A DNA stretch of 64,000 bases, from assembly GCA_964234715.1 (NCBI GenBank), contig OZ174275.1, one strand, 5' to 3'. The translations under genes were made by a program, and so were the position numbers. This stretch comes from Podarcis melisellensis. Lineage: Eukaryota. Of the stretch, positions 11,301 through 21,102 are shown one piece after another. The notes below the pieces were generated by a model. The model did no database searches. It worked only from the letters and a program-made list of their open reading frames with translations, and was not told the origin of the DNA. Position 1 is the first letter of the stretch. Each line of letters opens with the position of its first letter.

Positions 11301-14300
11301 AAAGTTGAGGTTCAAAACAGACAGAGGCAGAATGGCAGAGATCCATAACTTTTCCTTAAAATCTGTACCTATTTCCTTATTTATTATTTCAGGTTGGGGG
11401 AATATACAGAACAGGCAAAATATTGCAAATCTGGAATCTGGATCAGTACAGTACTTCATATTTCTTCATTCCATACATATCTAGGTGGTTCAAAAAGTTG
11501 ACCATGCGATAAGTAAAAAATCTTAATAAAAATTTTTATAAAAAAAAACAAAAAGTTGACCATGCATAGACTGCAAGCCCCATATTGCTGCCTCGAAGCT
11601 GTTTGAACTGGTGGAATGAAGCAGACATCCTGTGCATTATCGCAAGGACTGTGCATGCTGAAACAACATATGCACCGTACTACTGCCCAAACACTATACC
11701 TTTTCTTCAAGGAACTTTTTCTCCAACATGCAGATTGTTTCCTGATGTTCTTTTTCTGTGATTTCCATAATTTCATTGAGCTAGGATTTTAAGAAATATT
11801 TAATTATTATTATTATTATTATTATTTTCCATTTCAAAGTGTTTTTATTTTTATTTTTTTTATAAATGTTTTTATTAGATTTTCAAATACACAAACAGGA
11901 ATTTAAAGTTCACTTACAAAAGAAAAAATAAACAAATAATTAAAGAATGAAGAAAAAATTCCACTTTCAAAAATATTTTTACATAACCAATCGGACTTCC
12001 TCACATCTCCCGTACCTTGCATTCTTTACTCTTTAGAATGTCAGCAAATTATCACCTTTTTTCTTAATTCATACTTTTCCAATATTTTAATTTAAGATAC
12101 TCTTTGTCAATTATTTAAACCTTTTAGCACCTTTAATAATAATTGTCATTTAGATGGTTAAAATAATAATTAAATAAAAAAAAAGGAAATATTTAATTAT
12201 TATTTTAACCATCTAAATGACAATTTAAACAAAACTCTCTAGAGCGGTATCTCACAATATGCCACACGTTTTTCTTATATGTCCGTATTGCATGCCTTGA
12301 AACTCACAGTGCTTTCACTATCTGTTACCTGAAAATGTACCAGCTCACTTTTTCACATTTTTGCAAGTTTGCATATCAGGTAACCAATGCTTTTTTCTAG
12401 AAAAATAGTTGCCAGTACTCACCGTGAAGTTGTTACAAGAAGTACCACACTTTTTAACAACAACGAAAGAGATGCCAGTACCGCTTCCCCTTCAAAGTAC
12501 AGTGAAAAAAGCACTGCAGGTAACACTTACTTTGTGAGCAATGCTGATAGCACAGGCCTTGCATACCTTCTCACATTTTGACATAGCTTTTAATCTTTGT
12601 CAGAGTATATAATCCAAAATCTGCTACACACAAATCTTGAAAATATCTCAGTTGAAGTGCGCATCACATTATATATGATAAGCTTAATAAATTGCTAAAA
12701 GGTCATCAAACTGCAAATGTAAACACTTGATTTTCTTACAAAAATCCAAGGAAAAAACTTTCTGTCTCATTCTAGCAACTTCTGAGCCTGTCTCTCAAAA
12801 CTTCATTTCATTTTTCCAAATTACACTTTGGCAGTCCAGCACAGCTGCACTTTAGCATGACAGTCTAGAGATCACCCAATGCACTTCTAACGCTTAGCAG
12901 AATAGATGCTAATAAACTTACATCTTCAAGTTGTTTTTCCAAAAGAGCTTTCTTTTTGCGAAAATCCATTATCATTTTCAGCTCAACTTGAATTAGGCCA
13001 ATTTCTTTGGCCTTCTTGTTGAATTTTTCCTCCATCTCCTCCAACTGTTTGGTGTAATATTGTACCTGCAAATTAGAAACTTTTAGCAAGATAAAAAGAA
13101 AAAGAAAACTAATGGTGCAATCCTACCCTAGGTATCTGCTGGCCGAATGGCCTTTGGAAGTGGAAGAACTCCTTTTCCACTGGTGGAATTGAACCTACAG
13201 AGGCAGAACAAGTTATCCACTGCTAGAACCCTGTTGTTACACTGATGAAAGACCCCATCAGATGAAAAATTACACCAGCAAAATCCCAGAGGTAGAGTGG
13301 CAGAGAAAAGGGTAGGGCATGGAAGAGAAGCATACTATCAGTGTTTGTAATTGCACACTCATATCCATGAACATGGAGGAAATCTATGTGAGGACACAAA
13401 CTGGCTTAAGTTCTGATTGTCCCACTGATTACCATGGGAGGAAACAGAGAAAAATGAGCATACTGCATTAGGATCAGCTTGATGTGTAGCATGTTTAAAA
13501 ATAATTCACATTAAAGAGCATCACTAGGGAAGAGCTACCAATAAAAAAACTAAAATAACTTAACAAAATGAAGCTTTAAATGATGACCTTTTAGAACCAA
13601 ATAATAGTATAACAATTCCAAGTCAGTTCTACCTCCAGTTGCATAAGCCAAATGTTGATGAGAACTCCATCTCTGACTCTAGGCATGCTTATTTAGAAAT
13701 AAGTCATTGAGTTGAATGGAACTTAATCCCAGGTAAGGGTGTGTTGCCATGAGGTTGAGTATTAACATACTTTGGACTTAGTTTTTTTCCGGCAAATCCT
13801 GCCCCCCAAAAACAGTTAAGGTAGGATTGCCATATTCCCAAAAGTGAAAATCCGAACAACGTTGTTGAGTTTTTTTCTTCTTGGGGACAGGGGAGGAGGG
13901 GGGGACGGGACAAAATTGTTAAGAACACACATGCACCCCAATTATGTTTTTAGACTTTAAAAATGATTTTTAAAGCATTTATTTTTTTAAAAGAAAGCTC
14001 TACTTGCCATACGTCCAGGTTTTCCCAGACATTTTGACGCTTCGGCAAAAATCCACCCGGATGCCATTTTCAGAGCCTGAACATATGACAGCCCTAGTTA
14101 AATACTTAGTCATGACTTAAAGAGTTGAACCACTAGATATTAGAAGATTAAATATATTTACTGTAAAACAGTCTTGTGCAACTTATCTATTGTCAGGTAC
14201 AACCCAAAATGTGCTTAGTCTGCTTTTCAGTGTGTCATTGTACCAACAGAATCAAAAGACATGTCTATTCACCAGTTCATCGTTCTCTTCTTTGGCTTTT

Positions 14301-15873
14301 TGCTTCACCTCAATCAACTGCAGCTTTAGCTTCTCAATCTACATATTAAAAAAAGAAAATGAGGAAAAAAATCAATCATTTTATGGATTGGAAAAATCCA
14401 GTTCAGGGCTGACATGGTGGAATGGAAGAACAAAGAGCTTTCCCAAAGTGAGGGTGTGTGACTTAGCTAAGCCTGACAGGACAGCTTTATAGTTTTGGTC
14501 CCTCCACACATTAATTAGATTTAAGCATGTTAGTTATATGAGGGTGATTATTTCATACTTTCTCCATATCTTTATTTGCAAAAGTGCTACAGTAGATAGG
14601 GTATTTGCTGTGAAAGTCTTACAGTCAGTGGGCTGAATAAGTAGGCTGTTAAATTGTAAAGGAAAGCCAAACTATACATACTGAATGACACTCCATATTA
14701 GTACTTTTGTACTATTGATTTTGAAGACCAATGGAAAACGAAAGGATAATAGTTTTGGCAAACGCTATCTGTTGCAAAGAAAGAAAATCTAAACAGTGTT
14801 GAGGAGAAACACTTTCCTCCTCATCTAGGTTGTTTTCCCCCTTAAAAAGCGTAGCAGTGGCGATTGCTCTGAAATTCTATGTCACGTCTCAATTCTGAAA
14901 GTACATGCCATATGACAGGTGTGGGGAACCTTTGGCACTCCAGATGTTCCTGAAGAGGTGGGTCCCAGCCTTTGGCCACTCTTGCTAGGGCTAAAAAGGC
15001 AACATCTGGAGGGTTAAAAGTTTCCCACACCAGTTTTAAGATTGCCTAATGAATACAACAGCAATCAGTTCCTTCATTTTTATTTTTATTTTGCTTGTGG
15101 GTTTTTTTGTGTATATACACACGTATACAGTGCTTTTTTTCTGGGAGGATGCAGGGGGATGCATACCCCTAAACATTTTGTGCATCTAAGTTTGGCCTCA
15201 TTGAGGGCAGTATTTCAATATGAGTAGGAAAATGAGAGTACCCCTAAACAAGTTTTTAGAAAAAGAGAGCACTGCATATATATCTGTGTATTAAAACCGT
15301 GGAACTAGACAGATTATTCTGAATTAGCTCGACAGGCTGCAAAGATCGTAGCCTTCAGCGTTAAGGGGTAGCAACTCTGCAAAAGGAGGAGGAAGTTCGC
15401 CTGCTGTTCCACACCTACCAGATCTTCCTTCTCCATGTCCTGCTTCTTGAGGTAGCCCATCACGTCCACCGTGTCCCTCTCCAGCCGCCGCTGCTGCCGC
15501 TCCAGCTCCTCGTTGTTCTGCGCGAGGCGGCGGGCGGCGGCGCGGTACTCCTTGCGGGAGAGCTCGGTCACCTCCAGCCTGGCCTCCCATAGCGACGCCG
15601 CAGCTTTAGCCCTGTCGGCCTCCGACTCCTCCTTCAGGGCCTTCACGTCAACCTTCTTGCCGCTGCCGCCGGGGCCGCCCTTCTTCCCCCTGAGGGAAGC
15701 GAGCGACACCGCGCCATAGGAGGGTCAAGGGGGTCCGGGCGACTCTCGCCCCCACCCGCCAGATTTGCCCGGAGAGGTGGGTCCCAGCGCCATCCCGCCC
15801 GCCCGCCCGTCCCCGTCTCCCTAGCTACCTACTTCCCTCCTTTCGCCGCTTTCGCCTTCCCTTTCCCCTTCAT
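2349..15873 (-). CDS. BBOF1: Basal body orientation factor 1 (CCDC176), coiled-coil ciliary protein, ~534 aa, 11 coding exons
   Basis: Exons (minus): 15873-15833 (MKGKGKAKAAKGG), 15689-15419, 14338-14273, 13065-12922, 11780-11700, 11172-11102, 10848-10704, 9445-8952, 6639-6535, 5287-5219, 2466-2349 (..AFITQQAPLSESPRKGSSLPDIQVIPPQSN*). All introns GT-AG and phases join (1605 nt). Motifs LWEARL, RTEVEKFFLDAL, DLTWEQKESVLRLLFAKMNG and FITQQ match BBOF1. Confidence 0.93.
2720..3043 (+). mobile_element. Non-autonomous hAT (Charlie-like) MITE
   Basis: TIRs CAGGGGTCAGCAAACT / AGTTTGCCTACCCATA; perfect 8-bp TSD TCCTAGAT (2712-2719, 3044-3051); internal ~70-bp tandem duplication. Confidence 0.8.
3709..3895 (+). 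mobile_element. Penelope-like element (PLE) remnant with inverted pLTR arms
   Basis: Long inverted repeat (3745-3803 vs 3834-3898) around a hammerhead core; 13-bp duplication TTTAAAATGCCAT (3696-3708, 3896-3908); same family as 26281-26663. Confidence 0.75.
3799..3838 (+). ncRNA. Minimal type I hammerhead ribozyme motif (PLE-associated)
   Basis: ggtat-CTGAAGA-A-GTGTG(CATG)CACAC-GAAA-GC-TC-atacc: conserved CUGANGA/GAAA core, palindromic stem II, 1-bp stem III. Predicted cleavage after C3833. Confidence 0.75.
4005..4530 (-). mobile_element. L2-clade LINE 3' fragment with (TTA)n tail
   Basis: Minus strand translates to LVLTFKALYGLGPVYLKERL..RTLRS, typical of an L2 ORF2 C-terminus; ends in an AAT microsatellite; same family as 54205-54560. 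Confidence 0.75.
5581..5682. mobile_element. Short palindromic squamate MITE (~90 bp; related copies at ~18347-18435, ~35255-35335, ~41027-41095, ~63050-63130)
   Basis: Recurrent core catgtctactcagaagt..cccattgagttcaatg..cttactcccaggtaagt..taggattgc with hairpin symmetry. Confidence 0.5.
6715..8530 (+). mobile_element. Degenerate CR1 LINE (endonuclease-RT remnant and 3' end), with a nested CR1 3'-end fragment at ~7050-7130
   Basis: Frameshifted remnants of CR1 ORF2 motifs (TLDLIL, PDGI..RVLK, EDWKVVNVTPMFKKG, NYRQVS, VDTVCLDF..AFDKVP, QGSVL); CR1-type 3' end ..ttccaactc..ATTCTATGATTCT. Confidence 0.8.
11508..11548 (+). mobile_element. Extremely 5'-truncated L1-type retroinsertion (41 bp)
   Basis: Perfect 17-bp TSD CAAAAAGTTGACCATGC (11491-11507, 11549-11565) around AATAAA plus an A-tail resembling the 3' end of the L1 at 50395-50429. 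Confidence 0.7.
11812..12140 (-). mobile_element. Probable L1 3'-UTR fragment (minus) with A-rich tail
   Basis: Minus strand ends in AATAAA followed by an A-rich tail; flanks duplicated (gaaatatttaattattatt at ~11793-11811 and ~12186-12204). Confidence 0.5.
12385..12516. mobile_element. hAT-type MITE
   Basis: TIRs CAATGCTTTTTTC / GAAAAAAGCACTG; perfect 8-bp TSD CAGGTAAC (12377-12384, 12517-12524). Confidence 0.75.
14917..15033. mobile_element. Short hAT-type hairpin MITE
   Basis: CAGGTGTGGGGAACCTTT..CTCCAGATGTT / AACATCTGGAG..AAAGTTTCCCACACCAG; related to 27614-27749 and 28018-28159. Confidence 0.55.
15128..15274. mobile_element. hAT-type MITE (same TIR class as 12385-12516)
   Basis: TIRs CAGTGCTTTTTTTCT / AGAAAAAGAGAGCACTG; imperfect 8-bp TSD cacgtata/catatata. 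Confidence 0.6.
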
Positions 15874-16300
15874 GTTTCCCCCTAGAAGCCACGCCGGTGT
15901 TTTCCCTCGCGGCGGCCCGTTGCTACGGCAACCGGGCGTCGCGGGAAGATGAGGACGACGGCGCGCGCACGAGAGGGAGAGACGTCGCGCGCGGTGTGTT
16001 GACGTGACACGCGGCACCGGCGAGATGTGGAAGGTTGAGGGCTCTGACAAGGCGGTGAGTGGAGAGGTCTGGACGGGGCAGTGCGTGGAAGTTCTTTCCC
16101 CGCCGGCTCAGGGTCGCGCGCGGGCCCAGCCCTGGAGAGCTCCCCCTGCCCCGGCCTTCCCGGCTCTGGTCTCTCCTGCTTCGGCAGCATTTGCCCTGTC
16201 GATACTCCGGCGGAGTTTCGAGCGATACACTCGGATGCGTGCACATCCGACACGCGTCTTTCGGTGGGAATCCGGAGCTTCTCGACTCGGAGAGACCATG
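15420..16300. promoter_or_regulatory. CpG island / bidirectional promoter of BBOF1 (-) and ENTPD5 (+)
   Basis: GC- and CpG-rich; BBOF1 ATG at 15873; CRE-like TGACGTGA at ~16000; plus-strand donor G|GTGAGT at 16054/16055, probably ending a non-coding ENTPD5 first exon. Confidence 0.8.
15919..15932. promoter_or_regulatory. RFX X-box
   Basis: GTTGCTACGGCAAC, near-perfect X-box palindrome about 45 bp upstream of the BBOF1 ATG. Confidence 0.8.
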
Positions 16301-17716
16301 CCTCCCGTTTCAATCTGTTGCATACAAGCAAAGAAAAGCCACTTTGCCCGAGGAAATACATAGTTGTTTCCAAGCATCAGCTGAACGTGTCATTTCACTA
16401 CTTACAAAATTGGTTTGCTCAATGGGTTAAGCCTTGGAACGAGTGTTGCTTTTATTCTCCAATTCTAGTTATGCCAGTGCCTCCTGAAATCGAGGTGTGG
16501 TATTCTAGGGGTGCTGTGATAAAGCGCATTTCAAGCAGTTGCACCATCTATTGCTGCGCTGTGGCAGTGCCCGCTCCGATCAGCACAGTGTGACATAAGA
16601 AGATGAGTCAAAAATAGCTCTTTGTTTTCCCCTGTTCATGAATTGACTTTGTGCCTCCTTCCCACCCCCCACCCCATCGTTCTTTTGCAATGAACATGCA
16701 TCTTGGTAAATTATTTTCTAATTCAGCAATTATTTTTATTGGAGCTTTTGCCCTACTGAAATATGCCCCTTGAACTTTCCTGGAGCAGAAAAAAAAAACC
16801 CAACCAAGGCATATTTTCTTGTTTGCCTTAGATAAATGATAAACCTAGGTTCACAGAAGGTGGTTGGCTTGAACTTTAACATGTAATTCCTGCTTGCTTA
16901 ATAGCTGAGCATTTTTAGTTGCACTTGCAAATAAAGCCGAGGAATAGGTGAGTGAAGATAATAGTATTGTATTGGAGTTGCTTGGCTAGTTAAATTGCTT
17001 TGTGGGGAGGGGGACTTTGGGATTGAAAGAAACTGCCTAAATTTCAGGTCTTGGATTGAATATATAGTTGTCATGATTGCCATCAAATAAAAACTAAGAG
17101 ATGCAATATTATGTTTCTTTGTATATACTGTAATGTAATTAATGTGAATGGTGCTTTACAAATACAAGATAACCGGTCCTATCCATCCCTGAGGGGGCTT
17201 ACATTCTACGCAATTGACCACAGATAAAATGGAGGGAAATACAGGCAGGAGTAAGCAGGGGAAGACTCTGTATTTATTTCAGTTACACATTCTTTGGGTT
17301 TGTAGTAATTGGAGATTGTGCTAAAGGCTTTATGGAAAAGATGGGTTTTGTGGAGGGATATGTAAGAAGTAAGAAAGGTGGTATAACAAAGGTACACTGT
17401 ATAAGTGCAGCTGGATTCATTGTTCCCAGATTTCTAAGGACTCCAACTCAACCTAATTGCTTTCTAACCATTGTTGCTCAGCCCTGAACCATTTATACAG
17501 ATTATACTAAGATTTCAGCATCACATGTTCTAAATCTATTATGAAATCCACTGCAGCTTGACAGCTAAGAACACAAAGTACACGAAGCTTATATGTGATT
17601 TGCTCATCAATTGGACTATTGTTTATCTGTGATGGGGTACTAGCCTAGTATGATGGCAAGTAATGAATGAGCTACAATTTCCAAATACCATTCAATATTA
17701 CTTCATATGTTACATA

Positions 17717-17870
17717 ACATATTTTTCCGTGTATGACTGCCCCATGTATAAGACGCCCCCTACTTTTGGGGACCCCAAATTTAGAAAATGGGCATATGCA
17801 CTAAGACGCCCCCAGATTTTTAACCTTATTTTAAAGTAAAAAAACCTAGTCTTATACACAGAAAAGTACG
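17717..17870. mobile_element. Tc1/mariner-type MITE (degenerate)
   Basis: Ends ..atttttccgtgtatgac / gtcttatacacagaaaagtacgg-TA; internal TAAGACGCCCCC repeats. Confidence 0.55.
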
Positions 17871-18174
17871 GTAATTATCCTGCCTTCCTTTGAAGTGCAC
17901 AGAGTGGCACTTCACAGGGTAGTTGCAAGACTAAATTAGATGTTTGGTGGAACCATAATCAATTACGTATGTCACAGTGGCTTGTGAAATCAGTTCAGCA
18001 CAAAGAGTGTAGAGCCCACCTTCAACTATTGATCTTTATAATGGCTATGCAGATATTTTAATCTAGGTCTTCCTAGATTAGCATTCTGTTGACTACACCA
18101 CACTTTCTCTGTGGTACCATATAGTACAGGAGCTTCTCCTTTAAATTTTTGCAGTGAGAGATTTTTACAGACAT

Positions 18175-18340
18175 TCTCCTTCTTTGGCGATCACTCGTAG
18201 CCAAACCATCCTAAATATCTTTGTAGAAGCTTACAAAAAGTTTGGCCTATCATTCAATATCTGAAAAACCGAAGTGCTGCACCAACAAGTACAAAATAAC
18301 CCTTCTGCAGCGCCATAAATCCAACTCAATGGTGTAACGT
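18175..18340 (+). mobile_element. RTE-clade LINE fragment
   Basis: Translates to QTILNIFVEAYKKFGLSFNI*KTEVLHQ, resembling RTE/BovB RT C-terminal motifs. Confidence 0.45.
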
Positions 18341-19730
18341 TTTACAGACAGTCCTGTACATGTCTACTGAGAAGTAAACTGCATTGAGTTCAATGTGACT
18401 TACTCCCAGGTAAGTGAATATAGGATTGCGGGCTTAGATATTCACTGGAGGGAAGTAAACATCTCAGTAAATGTGCTTAGGATTCCTCTGTATGCCAAAT
18501 TCCATGCTTATTAGCAGGCTCAGTGGTTGGTAAGAAAACTTGAACTGTGAGTTCTAAATCCAGTCTTGGTTACAACATGAATGAGACCTAAGCTTCTATC
18601 AAGACTTGCTTAACATTAAGCTGTATTATGCATCTGACTACTTTAGTTATTATGCCTTTAACAAGGAGGAAAATACAAAGTAGAGCAGGTGGGTATTTAT
18701 TAGAAAATACCCAAGTTTTTACTAAATACTGGCTAGCATAATTTTGCATTTTTATTTCCTTTTGGGGCTTGTTCTGCTGGAGCAGAACAAGTTTATTCAC
18801 TATTATGCCTCCAGTTCTAGGATAACAATCTATGTTTTTATTTCAACATCCCATGTGACAACATCCCAAGCTTTATATTTGAATAGGGAAACTACTGGTG
18901 GTGCAAAATAACAGTTCACTCAACAGGGATGTTAATGGATATTCTCTCAAATTGGTGTTGGTTATTGGTAAAGTTGAATAAAGGATTTCATTTGTTTGCT
19001 ACTGCATTTAAAACTTGGTTGGAATTTGATTTAGACAATCAATCTGCTCCTAAGTTGCTGAAGCTGTCTTTTTAATATAAATTCTGGGTTCATGTGGCTT
19101 GGGATGTTCATTGTAAAATGAAAGTTTGGGTTCAGATTGTTAGACCAATTTTTTGCCATTTTGTTAATGGCAAAGTATAGCCTAGCCCTAGAATGATATT
19201 CTTATGCTGCATATGGAGAAGTTTTCAGAAAACTTGTTCTTAGCCCTAATTTTATGTTAAGAGGGGACTTTATTATGGGATTTCTCTCCAAGAATACTTT
19301 CTCCTGCTCTTGGAGCAAAACATAGTGATTTGAATCTTGATGGAAAACAACATAGCTGCTGAGGGAGAGAAGCTTAAAGATTCATTTTAGGTTTTGTAAC
19401 TAGTCATAAAGAGGGATCAAAATATGAGAGTGGAGCTATGGAATGATAAGGAAATAAAACAAGGCAGAGGGCAAATGAGGTTTCTGAGCGGGAGGGGCAA
19501 CAGATTGAAACAGGCATAAGGGTAGAAGCAGGAGAAGGTGACAAGTCCAGTGTTAATGGATTCAGATACCAATACCAAGTTCTAACCACATGTCGGTGGA
19601 CAGATATAATTAGTAGGCTGGGTGTGCAAATAGTGAGGTGATGTACAATGCTGAAAAGCTGATGCATAAAGTAGTTTGAGGCTTTTTAGAAATAAGAGCA
19701 TGTCACAGCTAAGTATGGACAAAATCAACC

Positions 19731-19811
19731 AAGAGTCTTGTGGCACCTTAACAACTAACACATTTATTTTGACATAATTTTCTGTGGACCAGAGTCCACG
19801 TCATCAGATGC
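19731..19811 (-). mobile_element. Older Penelope-like pLTR fragment with degenerate hammerhead
   Basis: Minus strand: gcat-CTGATGA-C-GTGGAC(TCTG)GTCCAC-A-GAAA-AT-TA-tgtc..aataaatgtgttagttgttaaggtgccacaagactc. Confidence 0.6.
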
Positions 19812-21102
19812 TCTGTAAGGACTTGCATTTTCCCTGAACTTCTTTTTGACAAGTTCTGCATAGGCTCTAAAACTCAGCACTCTACTCAAATAGGTAAAAT
19901 GCAATTGGCTACATTAGGTTGACTTTTTAAATTTTTTGTTTGAAAGTCTCTGTGTGGTGCATTGCATTCCTCTTTTTCTTCTTCCTCCCCGCTTTCCCAA
20001 ATAAACGTTATTTCTGTTCTTTGACATTTTGTTTCATGAGCTGAAAATAGTATTCCTCTGGAATTCCTCCTTAAAGACTTCCATATGTTAGACTGCATGG
20101 TTATTAAGCTAGCCCTTGTATTTCAAAATTACCTCATAAGAGTTCTATGGTGTCCTCTAAGCTTTGGAAAAGTAAAACTAAAGCTCATTTTTCCTAGAAT
20201 ATGGCTGGAACACTCTCTGTAGGATTTACCCCCTCGTTTCCCCACCCCTCAATTGCTGGATAATCTGGGAGATATAGTATGACTGGTAGCAACCTATCAG
20301 AATTTATCTTTGGGGAAAGCCTTATACGTTCTCTACTTTCTGGGATGTTATGAGGTTCCTTTGTGCTATAATCAGACACAGCATTGGTTGGGAACATTAG
20401 TCTAAAAACAATTTGCATCTGATTTGAAAGAAAAAGCTAATACACAAAACAAAAAAATATACTGAAAGATAAATTTGAGTACAATGAAAGAAAACTGCAT
20501 CTAATTCTAACCCCCCCCCTCCCATTCTGCCTCTCTAATAACTACAAAACCGTAGTGGAATGATGTCTTTTACCCTCCCTGATTTTTAAGCCGCTGCCAT
20601 CAGGAGAAGATGAGATTCCCATTGTCTGTTGTTTTGAATGACATTTGTGTTCTTTGTCTGCCCAGGCCTGCTCGTGTTATTAGGGAGGACACAGAAGTCT
20701 TGGCCTGAACACAGCTTAGCTGAATTGAATAGATTCATGTCAATGGCTTAATTTGGCATTTGGCACAGTTTCAACATTATCTTGAAGCTGTTCAACCAGA
20801 TACTCTGTGAGGGAGGAGGAGCATAGCTTGCATTTTTATGAAATTGTCTGGAACATTAGAATGCATCTTGAACTGTTCCATAGACTCAAAAGATGCAGCC
20901 CCTAAAGGTGAGAATCAGATTCTTGAAGTGTGTTTGTAGCATGAGCTGTGGTTGGGGCGGCTTTTTAGGATGTTGAAAGTCTCCTGTGTGTAAGAGATTT
21001 GGTGTAACTAATTATGCTATTGGTTAATAACTCTGCTGCAGGAACTTCTCCAACTCTGCGAATCCTGATTTGTACAGTGGCTGTCCAAGGCTCCCAAGCA
21101 CA

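Noticed and set aside
15829-16593. Cluster of overlapping 70-170 aa ORFs on both strands
   Set aside because: By-product of the GC-rich CpG island. Only the 41-nt BBOF1 first exon fits a spliced gene, and the rest has no recognisable protein motifs.
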